NCBI RefSeq assembly: GCF_036507355.1
Contig: NZ_AP027877.1
Strand: one strand, 5' to 3'
Length of the DNA stretch: 64,000 bases
Origin: Escherichia coli
GTDB lineage: Bacteria > Pseudomonadota > Gammaproteobacteria > Enterobacterales > Enterobacteriaceae
Made by a program: the position numbers and the translations under genes. A model generated the notes under the pieces. That model was not told the DNA's origin. It searched no databases and was given only the letters and a program-made list of their open reading frames with translations. Below, one piece after another: positions 52,672-63,285 of this stretch. Position 1 is the first letter of the stretch. Every line of letters starts with the position of its first letter.

Positions 52672-53208
52672 TCAGAGCATACGATCTGAATCTTCTGGCA
52701 GAGTACTATTCCCTTCACCAAGTTTCATTTGCAGCAAAACCGTGTCAAGCCAGCGGCCATGCTTGAAACCAATGTCCTTTAATGTACCTATTTCAGTAAA
52801 TCCTGCGCGGATATGAAGCGCTACAGAAGCGACGTTAGCGCTGTCACCCACAACAGCAATCATCTGGCGATAGCCTTCGGACTCGGCCCATTTTAATGCA
52901 TGATCGAGCAGTGCTTTTCCGACGCCCTGTCGCTGATAAGCCGAATCAATATATATCGAATTTTCGACCGTATACCGATAGGCATGGCGTTCGCGGTAAC
53001 GGGAAATATAACAGTAGCCGATGACCGTATCGCCATGCAGAGCGACATACCATGGGAATCCTCGAGACTGAATGCTCCTCAGTCGGTTAAGCATTTCCTG
53101 CGTATCCGGAGGTTCGGTTTCGAAGCTACCTGTACCATGCAGAACATGGTGAGCATAGATATTGCGTATCGCGGTAATGTGCTGTTCTTCAGCATTAATA
53201 ATGTGCAT
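52672..53208 (-). CDS. GNAT N-acetyltransferase, phosphinothricin-acetyltransferase (PAT)/ArsN1-like
   Basis: 178 aa. The pattern ..IYAHHVLHGTGSFETEPP.. then ..QRQGVGKALL.. is typical of PAT-family GNATs. Its position next to an ars operon fits ArsN1-type genes. Confidence 0.6.
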   Translation of the reverse strand: MHIINAEEQHITAIRNIYAHHVLHGTGSFETEPPDTQEMLNRLRSIQSRGFPWYVALHGDTVIGYCYISRYRERHAYRYTVENSIYIDSAYQRQGVGKALLDHALKWAESEGYRQMIAVVGDSANVASVALHIRAGFTEIGTLKDIGFKHGRWLDTVLLQMKLGEGNSTLPEDSDRML

Positions 53209-53332
53209 CGTGTTACTCCAGTAATGGTGTTTTACAAACTACCGGAATTCGCGACAGCAGGTTAAGTACTTAAACTTATAACCTGTATAAGCAAAAGTTT
53301 GGCTGCAGTAAATGGGGCCGTAGCCCCATCTA

Positions 53333-53629
53333 TTAGCCTGCCATTTTTGCCAGCAGAGCCGCACCCACTGGTTCTTCGTTCTGCAGTGGCGTTAATGCAA
53401 TACGCTTTGCAAACTGCTCTGCAACGTCATTTATCAGCGGCAGTTCGCGACTGGCTCGGGTTACCAGGAACGGTGAGGACGGTTTCGCAGCAGCCAGACT
53501 GCTATTGATTACCCATGCCCATGGTTCAATTTCAGCCCGACGCAAATCCTGTTGCAGGTTTGCCGCTTCCAGCACCGGTGTCGTTTCGGCAAGCGTCACG
53601 ATAATCACCTTCGTCTTCTCCGGGTCATC
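53333..53629 (-). pseudogene. arsA: 3' fragment of a second, divergent arsA
   Basis: ..DDPEKTKVIIVTLAETTPVLEAANLQQDLRRAEIEPWAWVINSSL.. aligns by eye to the last ~98 aa of the intact ArsA ([45 protein letters not shown]..). Confidence 0.75.
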
Positions 53630-54034
53630 GGCCAGAGACTGCTGGGGACGCCGGTTAAGGTCGGATTCTTCAATCAACCACCGCTCATCTTCAGGTAATG
53701 CCTGCAATGTTTCAGGCAGGCAAATATCCAGCGTTGAGATTGCATCAGTGGATGGATCAGTTAATGGGGCATCATCTTCCAGATCAACGAATTCCCTGGT
53801 GGTGCGGTACTCATCAATCAGCAGATTCCTCGCCGCCCGATACAGCCAGGCTCGCGGATTCTCCATTTCGCAGAAACTGTCTGAATGAGCGCGGGCACGC
53901 AGGAATAGCTCTTGTAGAAGGTCTGCTGCTTTTTCGCTATCACCTGTCTTCTATGTCAGAAAGCGAGAGAGTTCGGCTTCATGTTGCTGCCAGAACACGC
54001 TCATGCAGTTGTTGAATGCCGTTACATCACTCAT
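53630..54034 (-). pseudogene. ECF-type sigma factor gene remnant, with an internal TAG and the 3' end fused in frame to the arsA fragment
   Basis: ATG at 54034: MSDVTAFNNCMSVFWQQHEAELSRFLT*. Reading resumes as ..DLLQELFLRARAHSDSFCEMENPRAWLYRAARNLLIDEYR.. (sigma70 region 2 style), then ..LQALPEDERWLIE.. (start of region 4). Confidence 0.5.
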
Positions 54035-54042
54035 ACCAGCCC

Positions 54043-54586
54043 TCAAATTTTGCTCTGATTAACCCGCCGTGAAAGTTCTTCTGCAGATTCTTTTCGTTCG
54101 CTGTAGCGATCAACGAGATAGGCTGAGTTACCTCGGGTCAGCAGAGTAAATTTCACCAGTTCTTCCATCACATCCACGATTCGGTCGTAATAAGACGACG
54201 GTTTCATTCGTCCATCTTCATCAAATTCCTGCCAGGCTTTTGCCACAGAGGACTGATTCGGGATGGTGATCATCCGCATCCAGCGGCCAAGAATTCGCAT
54301 CTGGTTTACGGCATTGAAAGACTGAGAGCCACCGCAGACCTGCATAACGGCCAGTGTCTTACCCTGCGAAGGGCGAACAGCGCCTTCTGATAACGGTATC
54401 CAATCAATCTGGGCTTTCATGATGCCGGTCATCGCACCATGGCGTTCAGGGGAACACCACACCATCCCTTCGGACCAACGAACCAGCTCGCGCAGTTCCA
54501 TGACTTTAGGATGTGAGTCAGGCGCATCATCAGGAAGAGGCAAGCCTGAGGGATTGAAGATCCGAACCTCTTCGCCCATGGCTGCA
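54043..54586 (-). pseudogene. arsH: arsH (NADPH-dependent FMN reductase), 5'-truncated by the IS
   Basis: ..[62 protein letters not shown].. matches ArsH from about residue 60 onward. The reading frame runs straight into the IS inverted repeat at 54587. Confidence 0.8.
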
Positions 54587-54604
54587 TGAATCGCCACGGA
54601 TAAT

Positions 54605-55417
54605 CTAGACACTTCCGAGCCGTTGATAATACTGGTTTTCATATTCTGTCGGTGACATCTGATCGCTGGAACCATGCCGACGCTTACTGTTATAAAACAT
54701 TTCGATGTAATCAAAAATATCGCTGCGGGCTTCTTCCCGCGTTCCGTAGATCTTTTTCTTTATCCGTTCGCGTTTCAACAACTGGAAAAAGCTTTCTGCA
54801 ACCGCATTATCATGGCAGTTACCGCGACGGCTCATGCTGCCCTCCAGGCCGTGTGATTTCAGGAACGACTGCCACTCATGGCTTGTGTACTGACTGCCCT
54901 GATCCGAATGAACCAGCACCTGTTTTTGGGGATTACGGCGCCATACAGCCATCAGCAGTGCGTTCAGGACAATGTCCTTTGTCATCCGGGATTGCATGGA
55001 CCAGCCGATAATTTTGCGTGAGAACAGATCAACAACCACGGCAAGATACAGCCAGCCTTCGTGGGTCCTGATGTAGGTTATGTCCGTTACCCAACGCTTA
55101 TCCGGAGCATCCGGATTGAACTGTCGCTGGAGCCTGTTGGGCGACACGATACTGGCCTCGCCTTTACGTGCCCGCGGGCTCCGGTATCCGACCTGAGCCT
55201 TTATCCCGACACGTTTCATCAGTCGCCAGACTCTGTTCACTCCGCACTGTTGCCCGCTGTCCCGCAGATCCAGATGGATTTTGCGATAACCATAGACGCA
55301 TCCCGATTCCAGCCAGAACTGTTTAATCTGCCCTGTCAGCCTCAGGTCTGCCTGATGGCGTTGTGAATGCGGCTGCTGAAGCCAGGCGTAAAAACCACTG
55401 GGATGAACATCCAGCAC
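54605..55417 (-). CDS. IS3-family OrfB (DDE transposase core; expressed as an OrfAB fusion)
   Basis: 270-aa frame with DDE-type blocks ([29 protein letters not shown]). Confidence 0.9.
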   Translation of the reverse strand: MLDVHPSGFYAWLQQPHSQRHQADLRLTGQIKQFWLESGCVYGYRKIHLDLRDSGQQCGVNRVWRLMKRVGIKAQVGYRSPRARKGEASIVSPNRLQRQFNPDAPDKRWVTDITYIRTHEGWLYLAVVVDLFSRKIIGWSMQSRMTKDIVLNALLMAVWRRNPQKQVLVHSDQGSQYTSHEWQSFLKSHGLEGSMSRRGNCHDNAVAESFFQLLKRERIKKKIYGTREEARSDIFDYIEMFYNSKRRHGSSDQMSPTEYENQYYQRLGSV

Positions 55418-55473
55418 CCGACAGAGCAGGCGAACAGGCCAGCAACAGGTGTTGTCACGGATAAAGGCGTACC

Positions 55474-55758
55474 TCAGTCGGACAGCTTTGCGAAGTACGC
55501 CGCGGCTTTTTTTAATATGTCCCGTTCGTCGGTAACCCGCTTCAGCTCTTTCTGGAGACGGCGGATCTCGGCCTGAGCATCTGACTGTTCTTTATTAGCG
55601 GAAGAATCCGGACCGTACTTCTTTATCCAGGCGTAAAGGCTGTGGGTGGTGATATCGAGACGTGTTGCAACGCTGGCAACAGAATAACCGCGATCAACAA
55701 CCTGTTTGACTGCTTCAATTTTAAACTCTTCGGGATAACGCTTACCGCTCATGGGCAC
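55474..55758 (-). CDS. IS3-family OrfA (HTH)
   Basis: 94 aa, ..KRYPEEFKIEAVKQVVDRGYSVASVATRLDITTHSLYAWIKKY.. LKKAAAYFAK. Confidence 0.9.
   Translation of the reverse strand: MPMSGKRYPEEFKIEAVKQVVDRGYSVASVATRLDITTHSLYAWIKKYGPDSSANKEQSDAQAEIRRLQKELKRVTDERDILKKAAAYFAKLSD
55507..55513 (-). promoter_or_regulatory. Probable -1 programmed frameshift site (A AAA AAG)
   Basis: An A7 run sits on the IS coding strand inside the orfA 3' end (..ATATTAAAAAAAGCCGCGG..), the canonical IS3-family slippery motif. Confidence 0.6.
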
Positions 55759-55812
55759 CTCTCTTTAAGCCATCTTAAATGACTCTGAGGTGTCTGTTAA
55801 ACCCGTGGCGAT

Positions 55813-56790
55813 TCACTCTAATGCTTTTTGAGCAGCAAGTTCAAGTTCACTTTTTCCATGAAGTGCCAAAGACATATGGCATTCCGCTAGAAGGCAATAA
55901 CATTCTGTTTTTAGCGTCTGTATATCACTTTTATTTTGTAATCCATCAAATATAGTCATGGCCCTGTAAATGCTTTCAGGGGTGAACTCGTAAAGTTCTT
56001 TCTTTCCGGCTAACATTTCATCTGATAAATAATGATTCTTATATCCTTGGTCCTGCTTAGCTAATCTTACAGATCGTTCTGGTTTATGTACCGTTTGAAG
56101 GATATTATCTATAATAAATTGTGATGTATTATGTAGTTCATCAACAGGGAGATGATTACTGGCGATGAGGAAAAGGTTTTTAGCGTCGATCAACTCAATG
56201 TATAAAGTGTTCACTGCATTATTCTGGTTTATTCTTCCTGTAACGAAATAATCTGGCTTGAATCTGCTCAAGAATGAATTTTGAGATATGTGGTCATTAC
56301 AAAAATTTGTCGCAGCCATCGGATAGGTATAGAGACCATCGATTTTTTTATTTGAAATGATTTGTACTAATTCCTGATTAAGTATTAATGGATCCAGTGT
56401 ATTCAATGAAGTGGTGAAAGGGAATATAGCTATGGAATAGTCTGAAGTATTATCTTCATTAATTTTAGTTTTGAAAACCTGCCCGCTGAAACGATAACCT
56501 TTCCGGTAGATTGTTTCTATGCAGCGATCATAGCCAATTTTTTCAAAAATGCAGCGCAAAGAATAGATACATCTTGTCAGGGACTCGTCACTAACAATAA
56601 TATTTTTCCATACTGATTCGATGATCATATCTTTCAGTACAACATGACCAGCGGATTCAAGTAATACTATTAATACACCTAACTCTTTCGGTGGAATATA
56701 AACTTGCTCATTTCCTTGAGTAAGAATTCCATCTTCCGTGAGCGTTAATCCCTCAAGAAAATGATATGAGAATTTATTTTCTAAGTCCAT
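55813..56790 (-). pseudogene. ygeH: ETT2 HilA-like regulator YgeH, 3'-truncated by the IS (325 of ~458 codons)
   Basis: [25 protein letters not shown].. with an OmpR/ToxR-type winged helix. The ORF's stop codon TGA (55813-55815) is supplied by the IS terminus. Confidence 0.85.
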
Positions 56791-57123
56791 TAGTTAACCT
56801 CTATGAAAAAATTGGTTTCTTGCATCCTGCATAAGCAATAGAAATTATGGCTATTCATATTTATATGTCATTAACGCTACAGGAGTTTACATTCGACATA
56901 TCTATGGTTGTGTTCACTAATTTATCTTAGGAATTCAGTGATGTAATCTGAAATAGCCTTATTCAATTTTGATAAAGTAAAATGCTCTCTAAAGCATTGA
57001 AAAATAATGATTTATTGTATGCTCTTAACTGTTTTAAGATGCTGATTTAAGAAAAGATAAGAGGTGCTGGTTATAGTGGTTAATGCACTATAACCAGCAA
57101 TTTTAACCAAATGATTGTAATGC

Positions 57124-57615
57124 TTAGTTATTATCTTCTGAATTATCGGTTAAGAGTTCGACATATGCCTGCGCTTTACTCTTAACACTATCATCCTCAC
57201 AATTGTTAATAATATGAAAGAAACATTGCATTGCGTTATCGATATTTTTAGCCCCAATTTGACATTGACCCATACGATAAATAACTGAATAGTCATCATA
57301 TGGCGAGTAATTATAACTTAGCTTGTAAAGGTCATATGCTTGTTGATATTTCTTTTTTGACTGACATACTGATGCAAAACCTTTTAGATATTCATGATTT
57401 TCGAACGCATAAATGCACAATAATTTATAATAAATTTCTGCCTCCGTTATATTACCCTTTTCATGGTAGTCGAATGCATATGCATATATTCTATCAAGGA
57501 TATCAGGAGTCAAACCATGTAGTAATGCCAGATTTTCTCCTTTCGATAATGCGTGTTTTAGTTGATTTGCCCATTCATCACTATTATTGAATATTTCAAT
57601 TGTTTCTGTGTCCAT
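57124..57615 (-). CDS. ygeG: ETT2 class II T3SS chaperone (TPR, SicA/LcrH-like)
   Basis: 163 aa, matches K-12 YgeG. Confidence 0.9.
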   Translation of the reverse strand: MDTETIEIFNNSDEWANQLKHALSKGENLALLHGLTPDILDRIYAYAFDYHEKGNITEAEIYYKLLCIYAFENHEYLKGFASVCQSKKKYQQAYDLYKLSYNYSPYDDYSVIYRMGQCQIGAKNIDNAMQCFFHIINNCEDDSVKSKAQAYVELLTDNSEDNN

Positions 57616-57861
57616 AATATTCCTCTGTGATGTGTCTCGTGATGCTAAATTATTATTGATTGACTCATTAATATTTCTACATTTATCTTTTTTAAATTAT
57701 GAGTTTTAAGCTTGCATTGCTTATGAGTATATTTCTTCATTATTAGTAAAATTACTGTCCACTACAAACTAATTACATTATTAGTTATTTTGATAATATT
57801 CACCTTATTAGTAATCTTAATTACGACATTCCATAAATGCCTTAATGTGCATGACCATGAT

Positions 57862-58266
57862 TCATATTATCAATTTCCATTTTTCGATCAAAATTAAAAA
57901 GGGGATTTTTGCGAAGGGGCGAATGTCGTTTGTTTTTTTTTCTTTATTATGTCTGGTGATGAGGGGGGATAGAACGTCGGTGCATATAGTAGAGAATTTA
58001 TCCAGGTCTAAATTATTCTCTATTTTGGTCAGTTTTATGAGTTCATTTGTAGCCATACTCATTAAATCATCTGTTATCGGAAATTTATATATGCTCATAG
58101 CAGATAATATTGCTTGCTGAATTATTTCTTCAGAAAAATCCGCTATCTTTATTGACAAATCATGTATTTGATATTTTCCTCCAAGAGATTCTTGTTCAAT
58201 ATAATTTAAACCAGACCTCATAGTAATTTTAACTGGATTAACGAATTTTTCTTCATTTTTCTTCAT
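57862..58266 (-). CDS. ygeF: ETT2-associated small protein, ygeF-like
   Basis: 134-aa ORF at the position of K-12 ygeF, in very AT-rich DNA. Confidence 0.55.
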   Translation of the reverse strand: MKKNEEKFVNPVKITMRSGLNYIEQESLGGKYQIHDLSIKIADFSEEIIQQAILSAMSIYKFPITDDLMSMATNELIKLTKIENNLDLDKFSTICTDVLSPLITRHNKEKKTNDIRPFAKIPFLILIEKWKLII

Positions 58267-58771
58267 TTTTCTTATTTTTGTTCTCCTGATCAGGAACTAA
58301 TGGTTGCAGTGGTAGGCTATTATTAATATTTCGTGGCTTCATTTTACATTTCTCTCATTTGATTAGAGCAAAATCCGAACTCGCAGCTTCTGATAATGTC
58401 AAATATCACCTTTTCTCATACTTTATTCTATCAAAAATCGCTCATTTTTACTTTTTTTACCATAATGTTACTTTGTAGCATCGGCAATTTACATAACTTA
58501 CACGTTGTTTTTTATATCCTGAAAAAACAGATAGATAGTGTGCGCACTCGAAATGATATTGGTAACATAAATAGCTTTATTCGTGATAAACATCTCAAAA
58601 GATTTCCTTTATTATATTCGAAATTCATTTGATCAAGGTTATCACCTTATGGAGACGTTACGTAGAATGACTATATTTGTTATCGGCACATTAGGGGTAT
58701 TAATTTTAGTATTGATGGAAGGTGATTATTGAACAGTAACATCGAGTCACGGTAAAAATGTGAGGTATATA

Positions 58772-59197
58772 ATGGATATTGAGTTTTCGCAGATTCATGA
58801 AATGGTCTATATGCATGATATTGTAAATTCGGACTCGAAAAAGAAACCAAGGATTCCGTTAAAAAAATTCCTTAATGCTGAGAAGGTTCTCACGCAAACA
58901 ACATCATGGGCATTAAATTCAAGATATGTGAATGTTAATTCTGTTAATAATGCCAACGTAAAGAGTAAAGTTAAAAACAGTTATATCTCACGATCTGTCA
59001 ATGATGAGTTTAGTTTAACAGATGATGAAATCAATTCTTTTAAAGAAACGTTAGTCCTTTCCTCTATTGATTCACTGAGTAAACTGGTTCTTAATAATCC
59101 TCTTTCTGTATTGTTTACTTCGACTGTACGAAGGAATAATAATCGAGCTAAGATGAATGTAGAGTTCGACTCATGGATTTGCACCAGATGTTGTTGA
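58772..59197 (+). CDS. yqeK: Uncharacterised protein YqeK
   Basis: 141 aa from [16 protein letters not shown]... Position and orientation are as in K-12. Confidence 0.7.
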   Translation: MDIEFSQIHEMVYMHDIVNSDSKKKPRIPLKKFLNAEKVLTQTTSWALNSRYVNVNSVNNANVKSKVKNSYISRSVNDEFSLTDDEINSFKETLVLSSIDSLSKLVLNNPLSVLFTSTVRRNNNRAKMNVEFDSWICTRCC

Positions 59198-59345
59198 TAC
59201 ATGATATTTTACATTGCAAGGGGATGTCTGAAATGAAAGATGTTGATCAAAACTTTGATGCTTTAGACTGCCATATACTGCAAGCATATTTAATTTTATT
59301 GTTTTATGATTAACGAGGTTCCATCTTTTTGTTATCTATTTTAGT

Positions 59346-59840
59346 TTACCTTGCACAATGCATTATTGCTCTGTTACCAATACTCAAAATAAAAGCATGC
59401 TTACCTTGCTTTAGTATATTATAGCTTACACTTTTTTCTGGAAAGACATAAAAATCAGGAATAAGTTCTGCAAGTCTATCATCATCGACTTGATCCATAA
59501 TCTCAAACTTATTAACTTTCTTTGATGTTAAATGGGCTGTGTCATAGTTTTCAACCCATGTGTATTCAATATTTCGCCGTATTGATTTACTTTCTCTGTT
59601 ACCTTGTTGCCAGGTTCCACTCAACGCAACAGTTCCTGTTTTATTTTTTTGGTTATACATAAAGTCGATAGTAAGATTTGCTCGCCCCTGGTCATTAAAA
59701 ATTACCCAATTTGCAGTGCATGTCTCATTATATATCATTTTTTCTGCAGTGTAAGAATAGACAGTGAAGAGAATAAACCCACTGATAAAAACTAAAATAA
59801 ATAATAAGTTTTTTTTATAATCAATCACGATTAACCTCAC
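59346..59840 (-). CDS. yqeJ: Uncharacterised membrane-anchored protein YqeJ
   Basis: 164-aa ORF with an N-terminal TM segment. Overlaps the yqeI 3' end by 20 nt. Confidence 0.8.
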   Translation of the reverse strand: MRLIVIDYKKNLLFILVFISGFILFTVYSYTAEKMIYNETCTANWVIFNDQGRANLTIDFMYNQKNKTGTVALSGTWQQGNRESKSIRRNIEYTWVENYDTAHLTSKKVNKFEIMDQVDDDRLAELIPDFYVFPEKSVSYNILKQGKHAFILSIGNRAIMHCAR

Positions 59841-60630
59841 GGTAAGACAGGGTTAAACAGCCTGCCACTTCATGTTGGTTATAGTTTTTATTGCATGCCA
59901 TAACAATCATCCCCGGTGAGGATTTTGCAAGAGGGAAGTATAACCACGGATATTTTTTACAGTTAATCCCCGAATCCAATATCCGTGTTTTATATTTATC
60001 GAACTCTTTCAACCCATCAATTGTATCTTCTGTTACATTAAAATGGCAGCCATTAATTTCCGCAACAATCTTGTAATCCTTGAAAAATGGCTTCGGTTGA
60101 TTATTATTCCATAGCCAATATGCAAAATATGCGCCTATGACAAATGCGCTCAACATAATTAGATGACTTTTTATATGTTTGAGGATTTTGTTATTGAAAT
60201 TCTTTGCGCCACCAATGCTCTCTTTGTATCCCGCATTAACTTTTATGGCCGGTGGGGTATTGTGTGTATGTGCGTCTGTTGACGAGTTTATTACATGATT
60301 TTGTATGTTAATGTCATTATGGATCTTGAATCCTCTTCTCGGCACGGTTGCAATAAGTGAGTGGGTAGTATCACCAACAGCGCGAAATCCGCGTCTGATA
60401 ATGGATATGTTCTGATATAACGTGTTAGTTGGCACACGCATACCTTCTTCTTCCCAGACTCTGGTGAAAAAATCTTGTTGTGCAACCACATCAGGAAAAG
60501 CTTCAAGTAGAAGGGATAAACAACGACTGGCTGGCGTTGTCAGAACGACGTTAAGATCGGCGTTATGTACCGATATTAATTTTCGGTGCTCAGGCCAGAA
60601 CTCGATATTATCGTTAATAATCCAGTACAT
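59821..60630 (-). CDS. yqeI: ToxR/CadC-like membrane-anchored transcriptional regulator
   Basis: 269 aa with an N-terminal winged-helix domain (..RVPTNTLYQNISIIRRGF..) and one TM segment. Matches K-12 YqeI. Confidence 0.9.
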   Translation of the reverse strand: MYWIINDNIEFWPEHRKLISVHNADLNVVLTTPASRCLSLLLEAFPDVVAQQDFFTRVWEEEGMRVPTNTLYQNISIIRRGFRAVGDTTHSLIATVPRRGFKIHNDINIQNHVINSSTDAHTHNTPPAIKVNAGYKESIGGAKNFNNKILKHIKSHLIMLSAFVIGAYFAYWLWNNNQPKPFFKDYKIVAEINGCHFNVTEDTIDGLKEFDKYKTRILDSGINCKKYPWLYFPLAKSSPGMIVMACNKNYNQHEVAGCLTLSYREVNRD

Positions 60631-60963
60631 ACGTCAATAAACACTAAATCAATCGAAATGGAAATCACATAGTTTGCTAAGTATATTGGTATTTACGGCA
60701 TAAATATATATTAATTTTATATTTATCATGATGATTGAAATGAGGCTTTAATGGCGCAACGTAAAACTTTATATAAATTAACATGGTTAACATTTATGCC
60801 ACTATTGTTGATAAATTCATATTTCGTAATGCTTCTGAATTTTTCGTGTGATGGTTTTAAATACTATGTTGTTTACTCTTGGGGTTACTGCTTATTTATA
60901 AAATACGGGCATTCCAATAGATGCCCGTATAAGCAGAGTATGATTCTGGCAGATCGTTGAGTA

Positions 60964-61596
60964 TTAATGTTGGACCGAATGTGAACGAATAAATAACTCG
61001 TTTATTTTACCACCCATTCTCTTTTCGATTCGTTGCTTGTACGCGTAGATGCTACGGATATCCATATCCAGAACTTCAGTAATCTGATATGGGTTATAAC
61101 CAGAAACCATATACCCCATTATGGTGAATTCCATCTGAGTTAATGTGTTACCTCTGGTAAATGATAAATAACGACCAATAAATAGTTGTCTGATCTTTTC
61201 ATTGGCAACATCAAGACCATCATCATTATATATGACAGCAGATATTGCAGAGTTGTGCTTTCGCCAGTAGTTAGCTAACGATTGCATATTGCGGTCGCTG
61301 ACTAAAACAATCCCCATGTCAGTACTTGCAAGATAGTCAATCCAGTCTTTTTCAAGGAATAGACGTAAAAAACTTACTGAAAAATCGACAAAAATATATC
61401 CGCTTAATCTCGCATTGTGGTTTTTTGTTAAGATACCTTCCACCACACCACGATTAAAATATGAACTTTCTTCGGGCCACATACAAAAACACGAGTTTGC
61501 GCAATACTGAAAACGCGGTGACTCTTCTGGCATTATTTGGCAATGCATTGAGCAACTATTGCATGTAAGACTTTTATAACGACTACAAAGCCCCAT
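60964..61596 (-). CDS. yqeH: LuxR-type HTH regulator YqeH
   Basis: 210 aa from MGLCSRYKSLTC... C-terminal LuxR/GerE HTH (LTQMEFTIMGYMVSGYNPYQITEVLDMDIRSIYAYKQRI). Confidence 0.85.
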   Translation of the reverse strand: MGLCSRYKSLTCNSCSMHCQIMPEESPRFQYCANSCFCMWPEESSYFNRGVVEGILTKNHNARLSGYIFVDFSVSFLRLFLEKDWIDYLASTDMGIVLVSDRNMQSLANYWRKHNSAISAVIYNDDGLDVANEKIRQLFIGRYLSFTRGNTLTQMEFTIMGYMVSGYNPYQITEVLDMDIRSIYAYKQRIEKRMGGKINELFIRSHSVQH

Positions 61597-62055
61597 GTTA
61601 AGAACCTCCCTATCCGTATATAATTGCATAATTTCATTGGTTATTGATGATGTCAATACACCATGATTTTGTAATGTTGCTGGGAAAAATTGCGATTAAT
61701 CTGTATTTGCTATAATTCTGATTAAGACATTTAAAAATGCATTTCTCGTTATTAAATATGATTATGTTTCACTGATTTAATCTTGCATGGTTGAGAGTGG
61801 TCCAGATAACTATCTCATGGTATGAGAATATCTATATCGCAAATTGTTTTTGAATGACCAGAAGATATCTTGCGAATCTAAGTTATGCATCTTAAATAGT
61901 CTTATTTAAGATGTTCAGATCTCTTTGTGTGTTTAACTAACTGATAATTCTAGGATATGATGAGAGAAGTGATAGGGCGGAATAATAACAAATGAACATT
62001 ATGAAAAATGGAATGGTTCAAAATTGTAGTAATTTTGAACCATTCACAATGGATA

Positions 62056-63285
62056 TTAGCTAAAGAACATTACCGATACGCACAGAATACCCACGATCAG
62101 CGTAATCAGATTTCCGATGGAACGCCAGGGTTTAAGCGCCGGGATGAGATACGTTGACAGCGTAGGCATGATGAAAAGTATCATGGCAATGAGTGGGCCG
62201 CTGATCGCATAAATCATCGAAATCGCGTTCGGGTTAATGCAACAAACAATGAAGGTGATCAGCGATACCAACATAATTGATAGTGCGCGGTTAAATGCAC
62301 GACTTTTCTTTACACCAACCTGCTGTAATGTTGTTTTGACGACCTCTGTGGCACCTTCAATAACGCCAAAGTACGTACCCAGGAATGATTTCGACATGGC
62401 AACTACTGCGACAATAATCCCGGAAATTGACAACCATGCTGGGGCGTTCGGCAGCATAGAAAGCGCCGATAAAATGGTGACCCCTTCTTCTTTAGCCGCT
62501 TCAATATACGAAGGTGGAATAGAAAGCAGGCAGCTAAAGACAAAGAACAGTACACTTATGCAGATGATGAGATAAGCGACTTTCATAATTTTTTTGCATT
62601 TATCCATAGCGTGTTCGCCATATTTTTCACGTCTGTCTATGGCAAACGTAGAAATAATGGGCGTATGGCTAAAGGCGAAAACCATCACGGGAATCGATAT
62701 CCATATCTGGTGAAGGGTATTCTGATTGAACTCTACCTGGGTTGTTAATAGATCAGGTTGCCAACTACCGACAAGGTAAATGGAAAGAAATAAGAAATAG
62801 GCAATCAATGGGAATACCAAAAATCCCATTACCCGAATAGTGGCATGACGTCCCATCAGAAAAATGAGATTCAGAATTAATACAACACCCAGACTCACCA
62901 ACATACGGATGCGAAGATCAATAACCATATGCTTTGCCAGCTGTTCCGTAAGTGAGTTGGTAATTGCCACTGCATATATCAACACGACGACAAAAAAGGC
63001 GATGAAGTACAGCGTGGTAATCAGATTACCTATCTTCTTGCCATAGTAGTGTGTTACTGCGCCCGTTATCCCTTCACCTGCTGATGTTTTCGATGAGAGG
63101 ATGAACTGACATAAGGCTTTATGTGGCCAGTATGTTAAAGGCCAGGCGACCAGAGCAGTAATAAACAGGACCACAGCCCCTGCCGAACCTAACTGAATAG
63201 GAAGGAAGAGCGTGCCTGCACCAACGGCTGTGCCGTAGAGCGCGAAACTCCACAGAGTTTCTTCTTTTGACCAAATATTAGACAT
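62056..63285 (-). CDS. yqeG: HAAAP-family (serine/threonine transporter-like) permease
   Basis: 409 aa, polytopic, matches K-12 YqeG. Confidence 0.95.
   Translation of the reverse strand: MSNIWSKEETLWSFALYGTAVGAGTLFLPIQLGSAGAVVLFITALVAWPLTYWPHKALCQFILSSKTSAGEGITGAVTHYYGKKIGNLITTLYFIAFFVVVLIYAVAITNSLTEQLAKHMVIDLRIRMLVSLGVVLILNLIFLMGRHATIRVMGFLVFPLIAYFLFLSIYLVGSWQPDLLTTQVEFNQNTLHQIWISIPVMVFAFSHTPIISTFAIDRREKYGEHAMDKCKKIMKVAYLIICISVLFFVFSCLLSIPPSYIEAAKEEGVTILSALSMLPNAPAWLSISGIIVAVVAMSKSFLGTYFGVIEGATEVVKTTLQQVGVKKSRAFNRALSIMLVSLITFIVCCINPNAISMIYAISGPLIAMILFIMPTLSTYLIPALKPWRSIGNLITLIVGILCVSVMFFS

Larger units (their letters stand above)
42608..54586 (+). mobile_element. Second glyU-type genomic island (P4-type integrase, defence genes, ars genes), with its distal end lost to an IS
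   Basis: Starts right after the 23-bp glyU repeat, with a P4-family integrase 165 bp downstream. The composition is mosaic: the defence operon is very AT-rich and the ars genes are near host GC. No distal att repeat was seen. The island ends at the IS3-family element. Confidence 0.7.
54587..55815 (-). mobile_element. IS3-family insertion sequence (1229 bp)
   Basis: The ends are TGAATCGCCACGG... and ...CCGTGGCGATTCA, with the first 13 bp identical. orfA and orfB overlap, with an A7 slippery run. The flanks gca and ctc differ, so there is no target duplication. Confidence 0.9.

Noticed and set aside
53333-53866. The 177-aa ORF as a genuine new gene.
   Set aside because: It is composed of two unrelated gene fragments, a sigma factor N-terminus and an ArsA tail. 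Its natural start region upstream is interrupted by a stop codon, so it is treated as a pseudogene chimera.
58396-58632. 78-aa ORF in the ygeF-yqeK intergenic region.
   Set aside because: In DNA this AT-rich, ORFs of this size arise by chance. There is no SD, and the peptide is hydrophobic low-complexity sequence.
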